Both the position numbers and the translations under genes were made by a program. The notes under the pieces were generated by a model. The model saw nothing but the letters and a program-made list of their open reading frames with translations. It made no database searches and was not told the origin of the DNA. 64,000 nucleotides of DNA from the human T2T-CHM13v2.0 reference genome, Homo sapiens. Shown in pieces: positions 28,662-43,541 of the stretch. Position 1 is the stretch's first letter. Each line of letters starts with the position of its first letter. The stretch is taken from the NCBI RefSeq assembly GCF_009914755.1, contig NC_060925.1; one strand, given 5' to 3'.

Positions 28662-31600
28662 ATAACATTATAAAGTCCACTCAATTCCAAGATTCAATTT
28701 CTATATGTAACTATTTTAATGAAACATTGTTATGTTTTAATTCAAGTTGAATTATGACTTCCAAACTAATCATGCAATATTGTACATATTTTAAGTGTAC
28801 CCAATCCAAGAAGAAACTATACTTTAGTAGATATGTCAATCATTGATTTACAGAAGCTTTTTTTTTTGTAATACTGTCACAAATCTACATGATAATCCCT
28901 AGTGCCAGATTTTACTTTTGACTAGCTGAGCAAGCTAAAATATTCATAAATTCACATGAAGCCAGATGGCTTCCCACTGAATATGCATTTGAATGATTCC
29001 TGTACATTATTTATTCCAAGAAGTGCACAAAATATACCATCGTCATAGTAGAGATTCCTAATAAGTTTGTTTCAAAAAGGAGTCAAGGAATAACAGGTGT
29101 CCAGTGCTAACTATATTTTGGACTGAACCATGATTCTATGTATATTTGAGAATTACTAACAGCAGATTCAATATAGTTAGTTTCTATTAGTCTCTGAAAT
29201 ATCAGGAATCTGAAATAAGGAAGGTTCAGCAAGAATGACTAGCATTTTGGAAAAAAGGATTTAATGTGGCTAGCATAATTTCTTAATAATTTGCTTAGTT
29301 CTCTAAAATATTCAAATGTACAACACAAAGTATTAACCATTTTTGTCAAGTCTATCAGTATGTTTTTAGGGGTACTTTTTTCAGGTTAAAATAACAGATG
29401 TGAATTTGAAATGAAAATATAACTTAATCATTAAAAGCTTTTTCTCCAACATATTTGGGGAGAGAATAAATGAAAATAGTATTTTTTTCTTTTTTAATTC
29501 ATAGAGTTTTCCTTTCATTTAAATCTGCTGTGTCCCTTTTTAAAGTTTCCTGTTCTCTGGACATCTGTCATCATTGCTGTCCCCACCTTCCATCTTCTGT
29601 TTTTTTCCTTCAAATGTGGTAATCAATGTTGTTTTGTAAAACAAATCTAACAATTCTACTATCTGAAGTCAGGATGGATATGCTTCTGATCCTTCTTCAG
29701 TGTTTTGTTGCTATGCTTTCATGTGTATCTGATTGACTTTGTTTGTTGGTCATTGTCCTTAGCAAAGTATTTGCAGAGGTTTCCCATGGCCTAAGATGAA
29801 TGGACTCTCCTGTGGAGGCTTTGCATTTGCTTCTATCAGGAGACCAGAGAAGCATTGCCACTTAAGAGCAACCTCAGATTAAGTTCAAGAGTGAGCTTTT
29901 CTGACTTAGAAGGCTCTGTATAAATCCAAAGTGAATATTTTTGTAGCAATAATTGCTCAGGAACCTTATTTTACTTTCTTCTCTTTTTTCCTTTCTTCTT
30001 CTTTTTTTAAATTTCTTCTGCTCTGCTTAACAGCAAGGCAAGCTGCTTGACAATTCTTTGGTTTGGGATAAAGGAGGACATATTTACTTCTAGCTGATTC
30101 TTATACAAAGGCATATTTTTGGGAGGCTTTAGATTATTAGGGTGTCAAAGACACCCTCTAAGAATTTCCGACCTGAGGAAACACTTGGCTACCCTCTGGT
30201 TCCTTAGAACCTAAGTTTAAATGTGTGCTTTTGGAAAATTCCTCAGGGCAGAAACTTACTCCATACGACCTACATTTCTTATACAAAGAAATATCCACTT
30301 ATATCTCTGTGTTTAAGCATTTTCCTGAAATGGTTTGTGTATACAACTTTATGGTTTTTAGTTCCTCATTGTTTTTTGCGATTATGACTTTTATACTTAG
30401 CATTTAAAATCAGTCCATTATTCTCACTTATGTGAAACATAACTCTAGTTCTGTATTATCTTATTGACTTATTATCCAACATTTTCACTAGTGATATATT
30501 TTAGTTAGTAGAGGGTATGGTATGTTAGTGGGGGGGATAGTACTAGTAGATGATATATTTTTATAATGAATGTTACAGTCATGGAATGTAATGATTATGA
30601 AAATGCTAAACATATGAAGAAAAAATGAGGAATAAAGTAAATATTTATACCCTTATCCCTTTTATCCCCCATCCCATAAGCCACATGACGGAGTAGACAG
30701 CTCAGCACCTAGCATGATGCTGCTATGAGATGATAAACCATGTTAAATCTTTTACAGAGCAGGTCAGAATAAACATAAGCAGACAAAAGTATGTTAAATG
30801 TATACTTTTTGAAATAGGAAATAAGCCTACAAAATTTGCTTTAAAAAAGTTACCATTTATAGTAGATAGAACACATAGACCAGTGTTAGACCCCCTCTGA
30901 CTTCAAATTATCACAATTTGAAGTTAATTATGTGCCAGGATATTTGATCAGCACTAAGAATATTTTATCCCTTGCTCTCAGGGTTCTTCCAGTTTAGTTG
31001 AGGATAAGATAGGAAAAAAAATAATTGCAATAATTCCTAGGTAGAGCTACCATAAGTAAGGCATTTGAATAGTCAGCCAAAGAGACTAACAAAAGCTACA
31101 TGATGAGGAAAGATCTCTTAGTTTGGTACGCGAGAGTGCTCGGTGCATAGCAAAGTCTGAAAGAAACCCAGTCAAAGTGTAGTGTGTCACTTCAGAAATC
31201 ACATGGAAGTGTAAGAGTGGCTTGGGAAAAGGTCTACACTTGATTAATTTATAGTATTTTATATAAATATGCAGATAATTTCATATTTATATAAATACAC
31301 AGGTACCTTAGAAATTAAACCTCTGACCAAATTATGATTAACAATTTATTTCAAAGAAGAGGAAAGAAGAGAGAAAGTCGTATGTGTTTATGTGTGTGTA
31401 TGTAATATGGGAGTGATATTCCCAGTATTTGGCTACCAAATGACAAAATTGAGTTTAGACATTGATGAATAGTAATGAATAAGGAAACAAATAATAATAA
31501 TAATTAATGTCTTCCCACAGATCACTTCCTAATAAAACACTGTAAATTAAAGGATATGGTAATTTATGTGATAGCTTTGCTTAACGATAAGCAGCACTTA

Positions 31601-34600
31601 TTGAACTGTGTAGAACTGAAACAAAAGAGAACTGGAAAAGAGAAACTTCACAAATGAATTAACATAGTACAAATATTGTACAGCAGTTTATTTACTTTGA
31701 ACCTGAAAAAATTTAATTAGATTTCAAAACCTTATAAAAACCTTATTTTATATTCTCGTTAAAACACATATTTCTTGGAAATGATTTTGTTTAGACATGA
31801 GTAGGTACTTTTGTCTTTACAAAAGTTTATCCTTATCTGTGCTGAGCTAAAAATTCAGTATACAGCTGGTGTTTTGATTGATACAGTATAGAAGTGACAC
31901 CACATATTATTATATCAGTCTGATTTAAAGAGCTGAAAGAAGGTGTTTATGGAGTAAACTACACTGCATAAACTTTTTTTTCATGGCTCTTAGTAGAAAA
32001 ATAACAACAGCAACGACCAAAATATGTACACAAATGCACATTTTATATTTCATAGTCAGACATTAACTAAACCAATAAAACAATCTTCAAAGATTTTTAT
32101 TGCATAAAAACAAAATATAACTTTCTAGTTAAGCATTAAGCTCAACAAAGGAAATGTATAAAAATGAAAAAACATTTTAGCTTTGTTCCTAGCACTGCTA
32201 TTAACTCACCGTGATATTCATTAAACCAAAAGTCAAATATATGAACAGCAAGGGCCACTGGGCATTGCAAGTCTGAAATGGTGTGCTAGAAAGTGTTTTG
32301 AAATTTAAAGGAAAAGAAAAAAAAAAACCTTCCCGACAGGTGAAAATAAGCCTCCTATTCAGTTATGATATCTAAGAAAATTTAATGGAATTATTAAAGG
32401 AGCACTTACAGAATATGTGCAATTACTTTCTTTAGATGGGACAAATATATTTCATAACTGATTTCTTCATTTCCAAGAACAGTTTTATTTCTTTGATCTT
32501 TCTTTCATGATAATGAGGTAGATGTGTACAGGATTGAACATTACATTTCAAATGTAATCCCAACAGACTTGCAACAAGCAAATTTTTTATGTTATTCTTT
32601 ATAAAATGATACCTCTGTTTAAACCACTCACTTTCTTCAACATACTATGAATTCATATATAATTTGTGTATTTCTCCCACTTACAGAACACTGGCTTATA
32701 CCACTCTTCAGGTACTTCTCTCCTCCAATAATTATATTGTGTTTTTGTGGGGTTTTTTTTTTTAGCTTTTCTAAGTTCTTTTGGTTTGATTACATGTTTC
32801 TTTTTGTAACTCTTTTTATCTTTTCTGTTCATAGTTTCTACCATTGCTGCTACTTTATATAATTTCTCTGTCATTTGATATTTATGACTTTGCCTAATTT
32901 AGCCTCATCAATTTTTAGTCCCCAAAAAAAATCCAAGATGAAATTTAAATTACTTTGGTCCCATCAATTTTGTTTAATTTGTTTACTGTGTAAAACAATA
33001 ATAGAGATTTTAATGAACATCATCTTAATAAGTTTTCTAGTTCTCTGATGTGATATAATCTAAATTGTGTCCAGACTCTTGATTCATCATATTTTAGATA
33101 TTAAATTGTTATTTATTTTCCCACTGTCTAAGATTTTTAAAAATCTACAAGTAGCAAGACTTATTGCAAATCATGCCAGATTCAAAAATCCTTCTGTACT
33201 ACTAGCCCGATTAACCCTTTCTTCCTCTTTCATAGCATGTGGAAGTTTTTTTTTTTTTTTTTTGATACTCATCAAAAGCTACTTTGTAAAATAAGTTAGT
33301 TAGATTTTTGAATATCAAATTAGGTTGTAAGCTCTGTAAGCAAGGGCCCTGCCTTATACTTCCTTATAGACAAGCTGTGTCAAACCACTTTTTGGAGTTT
33401 TATTTTATTTCTAATTCAAGGACCTAACCTCAGCAGATTCTGATTTAGTTGATCACGAGTAGGTTCTTGTAATTGTAGTTTGTAAAATCTCCCTGAAAGT
33501 CTGGTTTGTAAGTTATTGCTAGAACATCAAATCCCTTGTATAAATTACTAATGCTAGCAACTCCAACTAATGCAAAAACCTCTTAAGGATTACATATACA
33601 GGAAGATGAGGAAAACAAAGAGACTAATATTTGTGTGAATTTTCCTTGCATAGAATTTCAAAAGCCTGTAGTATTTAGGCTGCAGAATTGCAATGGCCTA
33701 CTCTAGTTTCACTTTACCTCTTTTCCGACCTTAGCAATATTCCTCTTACTGAAGGAATGTATTCTAAGCAATTCAATTGGTTCAGTCCCTTTCAGTTCAG
33801 TTCAATTTTATTCAGTTCAATTCATTCCAAAACAATTAAATTTATGTCTATACTTATAAGGAACTGTGGTGGGCTATTTCAAATGCAAAGATGCCTGCAT
33901 TCAAGTTACTTATTGCCTGGGAGGAGGGATAAAAGCATTAATTCTATATTCTATAATAAATCCCTTAATAGAAGCAGATGCTGCATGGATAGCAACTTAG
34001 AGTAGGATTTAAATGTGTTTAATTTCTTGCCTATTCTTAAACTACATATATGTATTGTATATATGTATATATATTTATGTAATGTATACATTGTATTATA
34101 TATAGTATATATGCACACATATAAAATTATAGTATAAACTTACCAAATATAAATATGTTTAGTCTTCAAAATGAAATAGTTACTAACAGCCATCTTCAGT
34201 AACATTAAAGGATGCAGCCCTGATAGATCATCTCAAGGTGACTTTGTAAATTAGTACATGTCCAGACTCTGTAGAAGAAATGAGTTTTATATAATAAGTC
34301 AAAGAGAGAATATATAGTCTTTAGGGGACCCGAACATAACTATTGTAGTTCACTAATAGGTTAACTGTTATATAGCTGCACCGAGCATCATGGGCAATGA
34401 GAGTTTCAGAAAGATAATGATGGAGTTAATTTGTGAAAACTCTCATGTGATAATATGCATTTCTCTCTCGTTCTGATATGCTTAAGGCCTACACATTTTC
34501 CAAATGCCGTGTTACCCTTTACCATAGGCCCTATCATTTATTCTCTGGCTGTATATATGAACTAGGGAAATATGGGTGATAATTTTAGGTAACTATTTGT

Positions 34601-36235
34601 GTACTCAGACCTAGACCTCAACCTGGGAAACTCCGGCCAGCAGTTAGGAAATGATAACACATGGTGAGCCAACTTAAACAAATAGACTCAAGACTTGTAA
34701 TCAAATCCAGTATATTCTATTATGATTTAATAAACCTAGGCATCAGAAACACCACAGTTAGAATTGTCTTTGCATCATTTGCTTTGGACCTCAAGAGGGG
34801 GTGACCTTAAATTATAAAGTTACTGGTACGGGAAGAATGAGACCCCCGGACAACACGGAGGTGCTTCTAACACCTTTGCATGTACAATTTCCTTATGTAA
34901 TTCAGAACATGCCTCTTAGTATTGATGACAATTTCATTTTTAAAGTTTCTAGCTTGAGCTTAAGTCCATTAATTCACAATTTTTCTTCTCCATTAGTGTG
35001 AACTTCATGTGACCAAATTATGGGTTTAAGAGACAAAAAAGGGTATGAGATACAACGGGAGCAGCAAGGACAACATGGCCAAAATGTTCTGTGAAGTTGG
35101 TAAAGACTCCTCAGAACAGCTGACATTTTGAAGCAGGAATATGACTTTCCTGGAGATAAAGGCAAGAATACTAGAGCAATCACTCTCCATATTACCAGAC
35201 AAGGAAGTACAATTTAGGCTTACTAGTAGCAAGAACTCCTAAAAATGGCTTTCTGTGAAAACAAGTGGTCTTGAAATTCATAATAATTATAGTCTACTCT
35301 TGATAATCCATGTTGAAGAAGGGGAGTACAGTTGTAAGGAAAACATGAAGTTTTTCACAAATTGTAATTAAAATGTAAATCTTTTTGTATATACTTAGAT
35401 ACTAAACTTGAATTCTGGTTGGGAAGGGTATATTATTTGGATGCCAATAAAATGAGATATAAATCTATGAGGACATATGTTGAATTGGAAGCACTCAACT
35501 TGGGTTTATTATTAAAAGTCTGCCTGGCATTAAGGATGCACTCAAATATTACTTGCTATAACAAGTCCCTAAATAATTGGCTTCAGAGACAATAGTCTCT
35601 GCAAAAAGAAATCAGAAATCTGTGTGACCATACAAACTGCAACTTTCTATTAATTCACCAAATGAAATGTGTTGATCCACTAATGGGGTTATGAATGAAA
35701 GCTGAGTTTTTTTTTTTTTTTTACCCCAACAGCATTATACTAACTCCTAGCACTCCTTTAAATTTTATGCAAGATGTTAAAGATTATATATGTGGAATTT
35801 CAAGTATGAAAAGAGCCAGTCTAGCTCCACAACTAAATATACAATGTATAGAAACAAAATACAATTGAATCAGAGTTAGTTCTTATTGGTGGAGTGCTGA
35901 GCTTGCCAATACGATGAAGGAAGATCATGAACCTTTGCGTACACACAAATTGCTAATGCTATTTCTGCCACTGTTATAGAGAATGGTGACAAGGGGGTTA
36001 AAAAACATAGTACATGATAACTATAATCACCATTCTGGCATTAAGAAGATATAGGAGAAGATGTAACAAAAATAATGGTAACTACAGACAGAGAGCTTAC
36101 TGAGACTTTCTCTGCTTGGCGGGAATAAGCAAAGAACTGGTCCTATGGAATCACTCATCATGCTAACTCAAAGATCTTACATAAACCAAGAGGCATGGTG
36201 CTTAGATGATGCTCTTCTGTCTCAGGGCCTTCAAC

Positions 36236-36300
36236 TTTTTTTTTTTGAGACAGGGTTTCGCTCTTGTTGCCCAGGCTGGAGTGCAATGGCGCGATCTCGG
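36236..36300 (-). mobile_element. Severely 5'-truncated Alu (about 65 bp)
   Basis: T-run followed by 'gagacagggtttcgctcttgttgcccaggctggagtgcaatggcgcgatctcgg'. Confidence 0.9.
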
Positions 36301-36651
36301 TTCAGGCATGGCATTTCCCTTAAAGTTGAAGAACTACCAGGACCGATTTTAATTTTAAGTGGCCACAGTGTAGCAGACACAGCAGCTTCCTGCTTTCTCT
36401 ATCACTGGAGTCTGCTGCAGTAAGCAACAGGGAATTAGTCACTGAGTCAACAAGGGGGAACCACCCAAACTTGTTTATTTAATTTTGCTACATAATAGCT
36501 ACATATCTATGGATTCTCTAACAACCACATTATATAGTCCCACTTTTCAAATCTTTAAATAATTTGTCCTGCCTATATCAAAATGTATTTCTTTTCACTT
36601 TGAGGAACAGCCACAGGTAGATAATTGACAAGTGAAAAGAAAACTCTCAAA

Positions 36652-39600
36652 AAGAAGAGGAAAGAGTAAAGAGGACTTGGTCATCCATCTTCGATACCAG
36701 CTCAGTCACGGTAGAATATGGCACCAGTCAGAGTCATGAGGTGCCCCTTCTAGGCTCTAGCTTCAGGACAACATTTCTAAACATACCCTGGGCCAGAAAC
36801 GAACCTGCTGCCCTGAAGGGAAGGACCAAGTTTTGGCAGGACCCATCACCTGCTGACTAAACAGCCTTTGGGCCCTGAATAACCAGCAGTGATACTTAGG
36901 TTGTATGCTGTGCACTTTGGGTGAGACTCTGAGACTTGCTGGATTCAGATGAGACTCAGCACTTTTCCAGCTGTGGTAGCTACAGGGAGAGACACCTTCT
37001 ACTTGAGAAAAGCAGAGAGAAAATAAAGGGGACTTTGTCTTGCAGCTTAGGTATCAGCTCAGCCACAGTCAGGAAGAGCACCAAGCTCTTAAGGTCCCTA
37101 ATTCCAGGCCTTGGCTCTTGGACAGCGTTTTGAGACCTGCCCTGGGCTAGAGGTGAGACCATTGCCCTGAAAGTTGAGTCCCGGGCCAGGTGGCATTCAC
37201 CACAAGCTGACTTAACAGCCCTTGGGTCTTAAAGGAACATTGGCAGTAGTCTGGCTGTACTCCTCATGGGCCAGTGATGGTGGTAGTCACTGTGTGACGT
37301 TCCTCTGCCTATGGAAAGGGGAGGGAAGAGTGGAAAAGACTGTGTCTCATTGTTTGGGTGCCAGCTCAGCCAAAGTGCAATAAAACACCAGGTAGACTTC
37401 CAAGGTTTTGACTTTAGTACCTGGCTCCAAGATGGCACCTCTGGACCTGCACAGGACCTGGAGAATCTTGCCATCCTGAAAAGTAGGACACAAACCTGAT
37501 TGGCTTTCCCCTCCTCCTGCTGATTATAGAGCCCAGAGCCTTGAGTGAACATAGGCGGTAGCCAGGTAGAGGTTATAGTGGATCTTGAGTGAGACCCAGT
37601 GTGAAGCCCCAGTGGTGGTGGCCACAGGGATGCTTGTGTCATCCCACTTCCAGTTTCAGTCAGCTCAGGACAGAGAGAAAGATTTTGTTAGTTTGTGAGA
37701 AAGTAAGGGAAGAGAACAAGAGTCTCTGCCTAAAAATTCAGAGAATTATTCCAGATCTTATCCAAGACTATCAAGGTAATACCTCCACAAGTCTCCAACA
37801 GTTATAGCATTAATAGGCTTGGGGTGCCCCTGAATACAGATGTGGCTTAGACAACAACACCCAAGTACTTTGGAATACCTGGAAAGTCTTCCCAAGAAGA
37901 ACAAATACGAACAAGCCCAGACAGCAAAGATTACAATAAACACCTTACTCTTCAATGCCCAAAGATGAATATCCACAAACATCAAGGCTTTTCGGGAAAA
38001 CATGATGTTGCCAAATGAACTAAATAAGACACGAGTGACCAATCCTGCAGAGACAGAGATATTTAATTTTTCAGAGAATTTAAAGTAGCTGTTTTGAGGA
38101 AACTCAAAGAAATTCAAGATAACACAGAGAACTCAGAATTCACTCAGAGAAATTTAACAAAGAGATTGAAATAATTTTTTAAAAATCAAGCAGAAATTAT
38201 GGAGTTTAGAAATGCAATTGGCATATATTGAAGAATGCATGAGAGTCTTAATAGCAGAACTGGTCAAACAGAAAAAAGAACTAATGAGCTTAAAGACAGG
38301 CTATTTGAAAATACACAGAGGAGACAAAAGAATAAAAAAGAATGAAGCATGCCTACATGATCTAGAAAATAGCCTCAAAAGGAAAAATCTCGGAGTTAAT
38401 GGCCTTAAAGAGGAGGTAGAGAAGGAGCTAGATAGTGATAAAATATCCAAAGGGATCATAACAGAGAACTTCCCAAATCTAGAGAAACACATCAATGTCC
38501 AAATACAAGAAATCTATAGAACACCAAGCAGATTTAACCCAAAGAAGACTACCTCAAGGCATTTAACAATCAAACACCCAAAGTCAAGGATAAAGAAAAA
38601 AATCCTAAAAGCAGCAAGAGAAAGGAAACAAATAACATATAATGGAGCTCCAGTACATTGGCTGAAGACTTTTCAGTGGAAACCTTACAGGTCAGGAGAG
38701 AGTGGCATAATATATTTAAAGTTCTGAAGAAAAAAAAACTGTTACCGTAGCATAGTATATCTGGTGAAAATATTCTTCAAACTTGAAGGAGAAATACTTT
38801 CTCAGACACACTAAGGCTGAGGAATTTCATCAACACCAGACCTGTCCTATAATAACTGCTAAAGGAAGTACTTCAATCCGAAATAAAAGGGAGTTAACGA
38901 GCAGTAAGAAATCATCTGAAAGTACAAAACTCACTGGTAATAGTAAGTAAAAACACAGAATATTATAACACTCTAACTGTGGTATGTAAACCACTCAAGT
39001 AGAAAGACTAAAAGACGAGCCAATCAAAAATAACTACAACAACAAATTTTTAAGACATAGATAGTACATTAAGATATAAATGGAAACAACAAAAAATTAA
39101 AAGTGGGGGCACAAGTTAAGGTGTAGAGTTTTTATTTGTTTTCTCTATGCTTATTTGTTTATGCAAAGAGTGTTAAGTTGTTATCAGCTTAAAATAATGG
39201 GTTATAAGATAGTATTTGCAAGCCTCATGGTAACCTCACATCAAAAAACATGTGGTAGATACACAAAAAATAGAAAGCAAGAAAACAAATCATACCACCA
39301 AAGAAAATCACCTTCACTGAAAGGGAGGCAGGAAGGAAGATAGGGAGAGAAAATCACAGAACAACTAGAAAATAAATTAAAAAATAGCAGGAACTAAGTC
39401 CCTATTTATCAATAATAATATTGAATGTAAATGGGATAAACTTTCAAATTAAAAGACATAGACTGGCTGAATGGATGGAAAAAAAGACTCAATAATCTGT
39501 TGCCTACAAGAAACATACTTTGTCTATAAAGATACATATAGGCTGAAAATAAAGGGATGAAAAAAGATATTCTATGCCAATGGAAACCAAAAAAGAGCAT

Positions 39601-42600
39601 GAGTAGCTATACTTATATCAGAAAAAAATAGATTTCAATACAAAAGCTAAAAAAAGAGTCAAAGAAGTCATTACATAATGGTATAGGGGTCAATTCAGCA
39701 AGAGGATATAACAATTCTAAATATATATGCACCCAACACTGGAGCGCTCAGGTATATAAAACAAACTTTGTTAGAAGTAAAGAGAGAGATAGGCCCTAAT
39801 ACAATAATAGCTGGAGACTTCAACACCCGACTTTTCAGCACTAGATAGATAGTCTAGACAGGAAATCAACAAAGAAACATTGGACTTTGTCTGCACTATG
39901 CACCAAATAGACGAAATAGGTATTTACAGAACATTTCGTCAAATGGCTTTGGAATACACATTTTTTCCCTCAGCACTTGGGTCATTCTCAAGGACAGATC
40001 ATATGTTAGGTTACAAAACATGTCTTGAAACATTCACAAAAATTGAAATAATATCAGGGATCTTCTCTGGCCACAATGGAATAAAACTAGAAATCAACAT
40101 GAGAAATTCTGGAAACTGTACAAACACAAGGAAATTAAACAATATGCTCCTGAATATTCAGTGGGTCAATGTAGAAATTAAGAAGGAAATTGAAATATTT
40201 CTTGAAACAAATGTTAGTGGAAACAAAATATACCAAAATCTTTGGGATACAGCGAAAGCAGAACAAGAAGGAAGTTTATAGCGATAAGTGCCTACATCAG
40301 AAAAGTAGAAAAACTTCAAATACACAGCCTAATGATACACCTTAAAGAACTAGAGAAGCAAAACCAAGCCAAACCCAAAATTAATAGAAAAGAAATAATA
40401 AAGACTAGAGCAAGAAAAATGAATTTGAAATAAAATGTCAATGAAACAAAAAGGGTTTTTCTTGAAAAGATAAACAAAATGTACAAACCTTTAGCCAGGC
40501 TAAGAAAAAAAGAGAAATGATCTAAATAAAAAATGAAAAAGGAAACAATACAACTGTTGTCACAGAAATTCAGAGGATCATTATTGGCTACTATGAGCAA
40601 CTATATGCCAATAAATTGGAAAATATAGAAGAAGTGAATCAATTTCAAGACACATACAACCTACCAAAATTTAACCATGAGGAAATCCAAAACCTAAACA
40701 GACGAATAACAAGTAAAGAGACCAAAGCAATAATAAAAAGCACCTCCCAGCAAAGAAAAGCCTGGACTCAATGGTTTCATTGCTTAATTCTACCAAACAT
40801 TTTAAAAAAGAAATAATACCAATCCTACTCTAACTGTTTGGAATAATGGAAAAGGAAGGAATACTTCCAAACTTATTCCATGAGGCTAGTAGTACCCTGA
40901 TACTAAAACCAAAGACCTGTCAAAAAATGAAAACTATATGCCAGTATCACTGATGAATATTGATGCAAAAACCTTCAATAAAATACGAGCAATCCAAATT
41001 CAACAACACATTGAAAAGGTCACCATCATGACCAAGTGGGATTTATCTTAGAGATGCAAGAATGGTTCAACATATGCAAATCAATTAATGTACTACATTG
41101 TATCAACCAAATTAAGTACGAAAATCACATGGACATTTCAATTGGTGCTGAAAAACCATTTGCTAAAATTCAGCATCTTTTCATGATAAAAATCATAAAA
41201 CTGGATATGGAAGAAACATACTTAAACACAATAAAATCCATCTATGACAAATCCATAGCTAGTATCATTGTAAATGATAGGCTTTCCTCTAAGATGTGGA
41301 ACACAAGGATGCCCATTTTTCACCACTGTTATTCAACATAGCACTGGAACTCCTAGCTAGAGCAATCAGAGAAGAGGGAAAAAAGGACTTCAAAATTGAA
41401 AAGAAGCAAGTCAAATTATCCTTATTTACACATGATATGATCTTATATTTGGAAAAACCTAAAGACTCCACAAGAAAACGACTTGAATTGATAAATTTAG
41501 TAAAGTTGCAGGATACAAAATGAACATACACAAAAATCAGTAGCATTTCTCTATGCCAACAGCAAACAATCTGAAAAAGAAATCAAGAAATTAATCCCTC
41601 TTATAGTAGCTACAAATAAAATTAAATATCTAGGAATTAATGAAAAAATTGAAAGACCTCTACAATAAAAACTAAAAAACATTGATGAAGGAAATTGAAG
41701 ACACACAAAAATGAAAAAATTGTCCATGTTTGTGAATTGAAAAAATTAATATTGTTAAAATGTTCATACTACCCAAAGCAATCTACAGACTCAATGCAAT
41801 CCCTATCAAAATACCAATGACATTATTCAGTGAAATAGAAAAAAAAATTTAAAATTTATATGGAACCACAAAAGACCCAGAGTAGCCAAAGCTATCCTAC
41901 GCAAAAAGAACAAAACTGGAGGAATCACACTACTTGACTTTAAATTATTCTACAGAGCTACAGCATCCAAAATGGCATGATACTGGCATAAAAACAGACA
42001 CATAGATGAACGGAACAGAATAGACAACCCAGAGGTAAATTCATACATCTACAATGAACTCATTTTTGACAAGGATGCCAAGCACATACATTGGGAAAAG
42101 GACAGTGTCTTCAATAAATGGTGCTGGGAAAACTCGGTATCTATATGCAGAAGAAAGAAACTAGACCTCTATCTCTTGCCATATAGAAAAATTACATCCA
42201 AATGGATTAAAGACTTAACTACAAGACCTCAAAGTATGACACTACTAAAATAAAACATTGGGGAAACTCTCCAGGACATTGAACTGGGCAAAGATTTCTC
42301 AAGTAGTATCCCATGAGCACAGGCAACCAAAGCAGAAATGGACAGATGGGATCACATCAAGTTAAAGAGTTGCTGCATAGAAAAGAAACAATCAACAATG
42401 TGAAGACAACACACGAAATGGGTGAAAATATTTGCAAACTACCCGTCTGATAGGGATTCATTAATATCCAGAATTTTATAAAGAGCTCAGACAAGTTTAC
42501 AGGAAAAACATCAATAATCTTATTTAAAAATGTGCAAAATATTTGAAAAGATATTTCTCAGAAGAAGACATACAAATGACAAACAGGCATATGAAAAGGT

Positions 42601-43541
42601 GCTCAACATCATTTATAATCAGGAAAATGCAAATCAATACTACAATGAGATATCTTCTCACCTCAGTTAAAATGGCTTATATCAAAAAGGCAATAACAAA
42701 TGCTGGCAAGAATGTGCAGAAAAGGGAATTCTTGTACACTGTTAGTATGAATGAAAATGAATACAACCACTATGGAGAACAGCTTGTAGTTTCCTCAAAA
42801 AAATAAAGATTGAGCTATCATATAATCCAGCAATCCCACTGCTGAATTACATATACAAAAGAAAAGAAATAAGTGTATCAAAGAGATAACTTCACTCCTA
42901 TGTTTGTGGCATCATTGTTCACGATAGCTAAGATTTGAAAGCAACCTAAGTGTCCATCAATAGATGAATGGATAAAGAAAATGTGGTACATAAATGCAAT
43001 GGAGTACTACTCAGCCATAAAAAAGAATGAGATACTGTAATTTTCAACAACATAGATGGTATTGGAAATCATTATGTGAAGTGAAATAAGCCACACACAG
43101 AAAGACAAATTTTGCATGTTCTCATTTATTTATGGGAGCTAAAAATAAAAGCAGTTGAACTCAAGGAGATAGAGAATACAAGAGTGGCTACCAGAAGCTG
43201 GGAAGGGTAGCAGGTGGTGGGGTTGGGGATGGTTAAGGGGTACAAAAAATAGTTCAAAAGAACGAATAAGACCTAGTGTTTGTTAGCACAACAGGGTGAC
43301 TACAGTCAAAAATAATTTAATTATACATTTGAAAATAACTAAAAGTTTCTAATTTGATTGTTTGCAACAAAACAGATAAATGCTTGATGGGATGGATACC
43401 CTATTTGCCCTGATGTGCTTATTACGCACTGTATGTCTCTATCAATATATCTCATGTGGCCCTTAAATATATATATATCTGCTATATACCCACACAAATT
43501 AAAATTGAAAAATTAAAAAAAGAAAATAAAAATTGAGAAAA
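36652..43541 (+). mobile_element. Near full-length old L1 (L1MA1/2-like) with decayed ORF1 and ORF2
   Basis: ORF1 remnant ENFPNLEK..IQEIYRTP (38212-38727); endonuclease and RT fragments from 39.4 to 42.8 kb; L1MA-type 3'UTR. 18-bp TSD GAAAAGAAAACTCTCAAA at 36634-36651 and 43542-43559. Confidence 0.93.

Noticed and set aside
33769-34135. Degenerate (TTCAG/TTCAA)n and TA-rich tracts as an array or satellite
   Set aside because: Short low-complexity sequence with no repeat-spacer structure.
36229-36331. 10-bp inverted repeat CTTCAACTTT/AAAGTTGAAG around a truncated Alu
   Set aside because: Too short, and partly made of the Alu T-tail; could be chance.
36652-43541. Retrotransposition-competent L1
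   Set aside because: ORF1 and ORF2 are fragmented by many stops and frameshifts.
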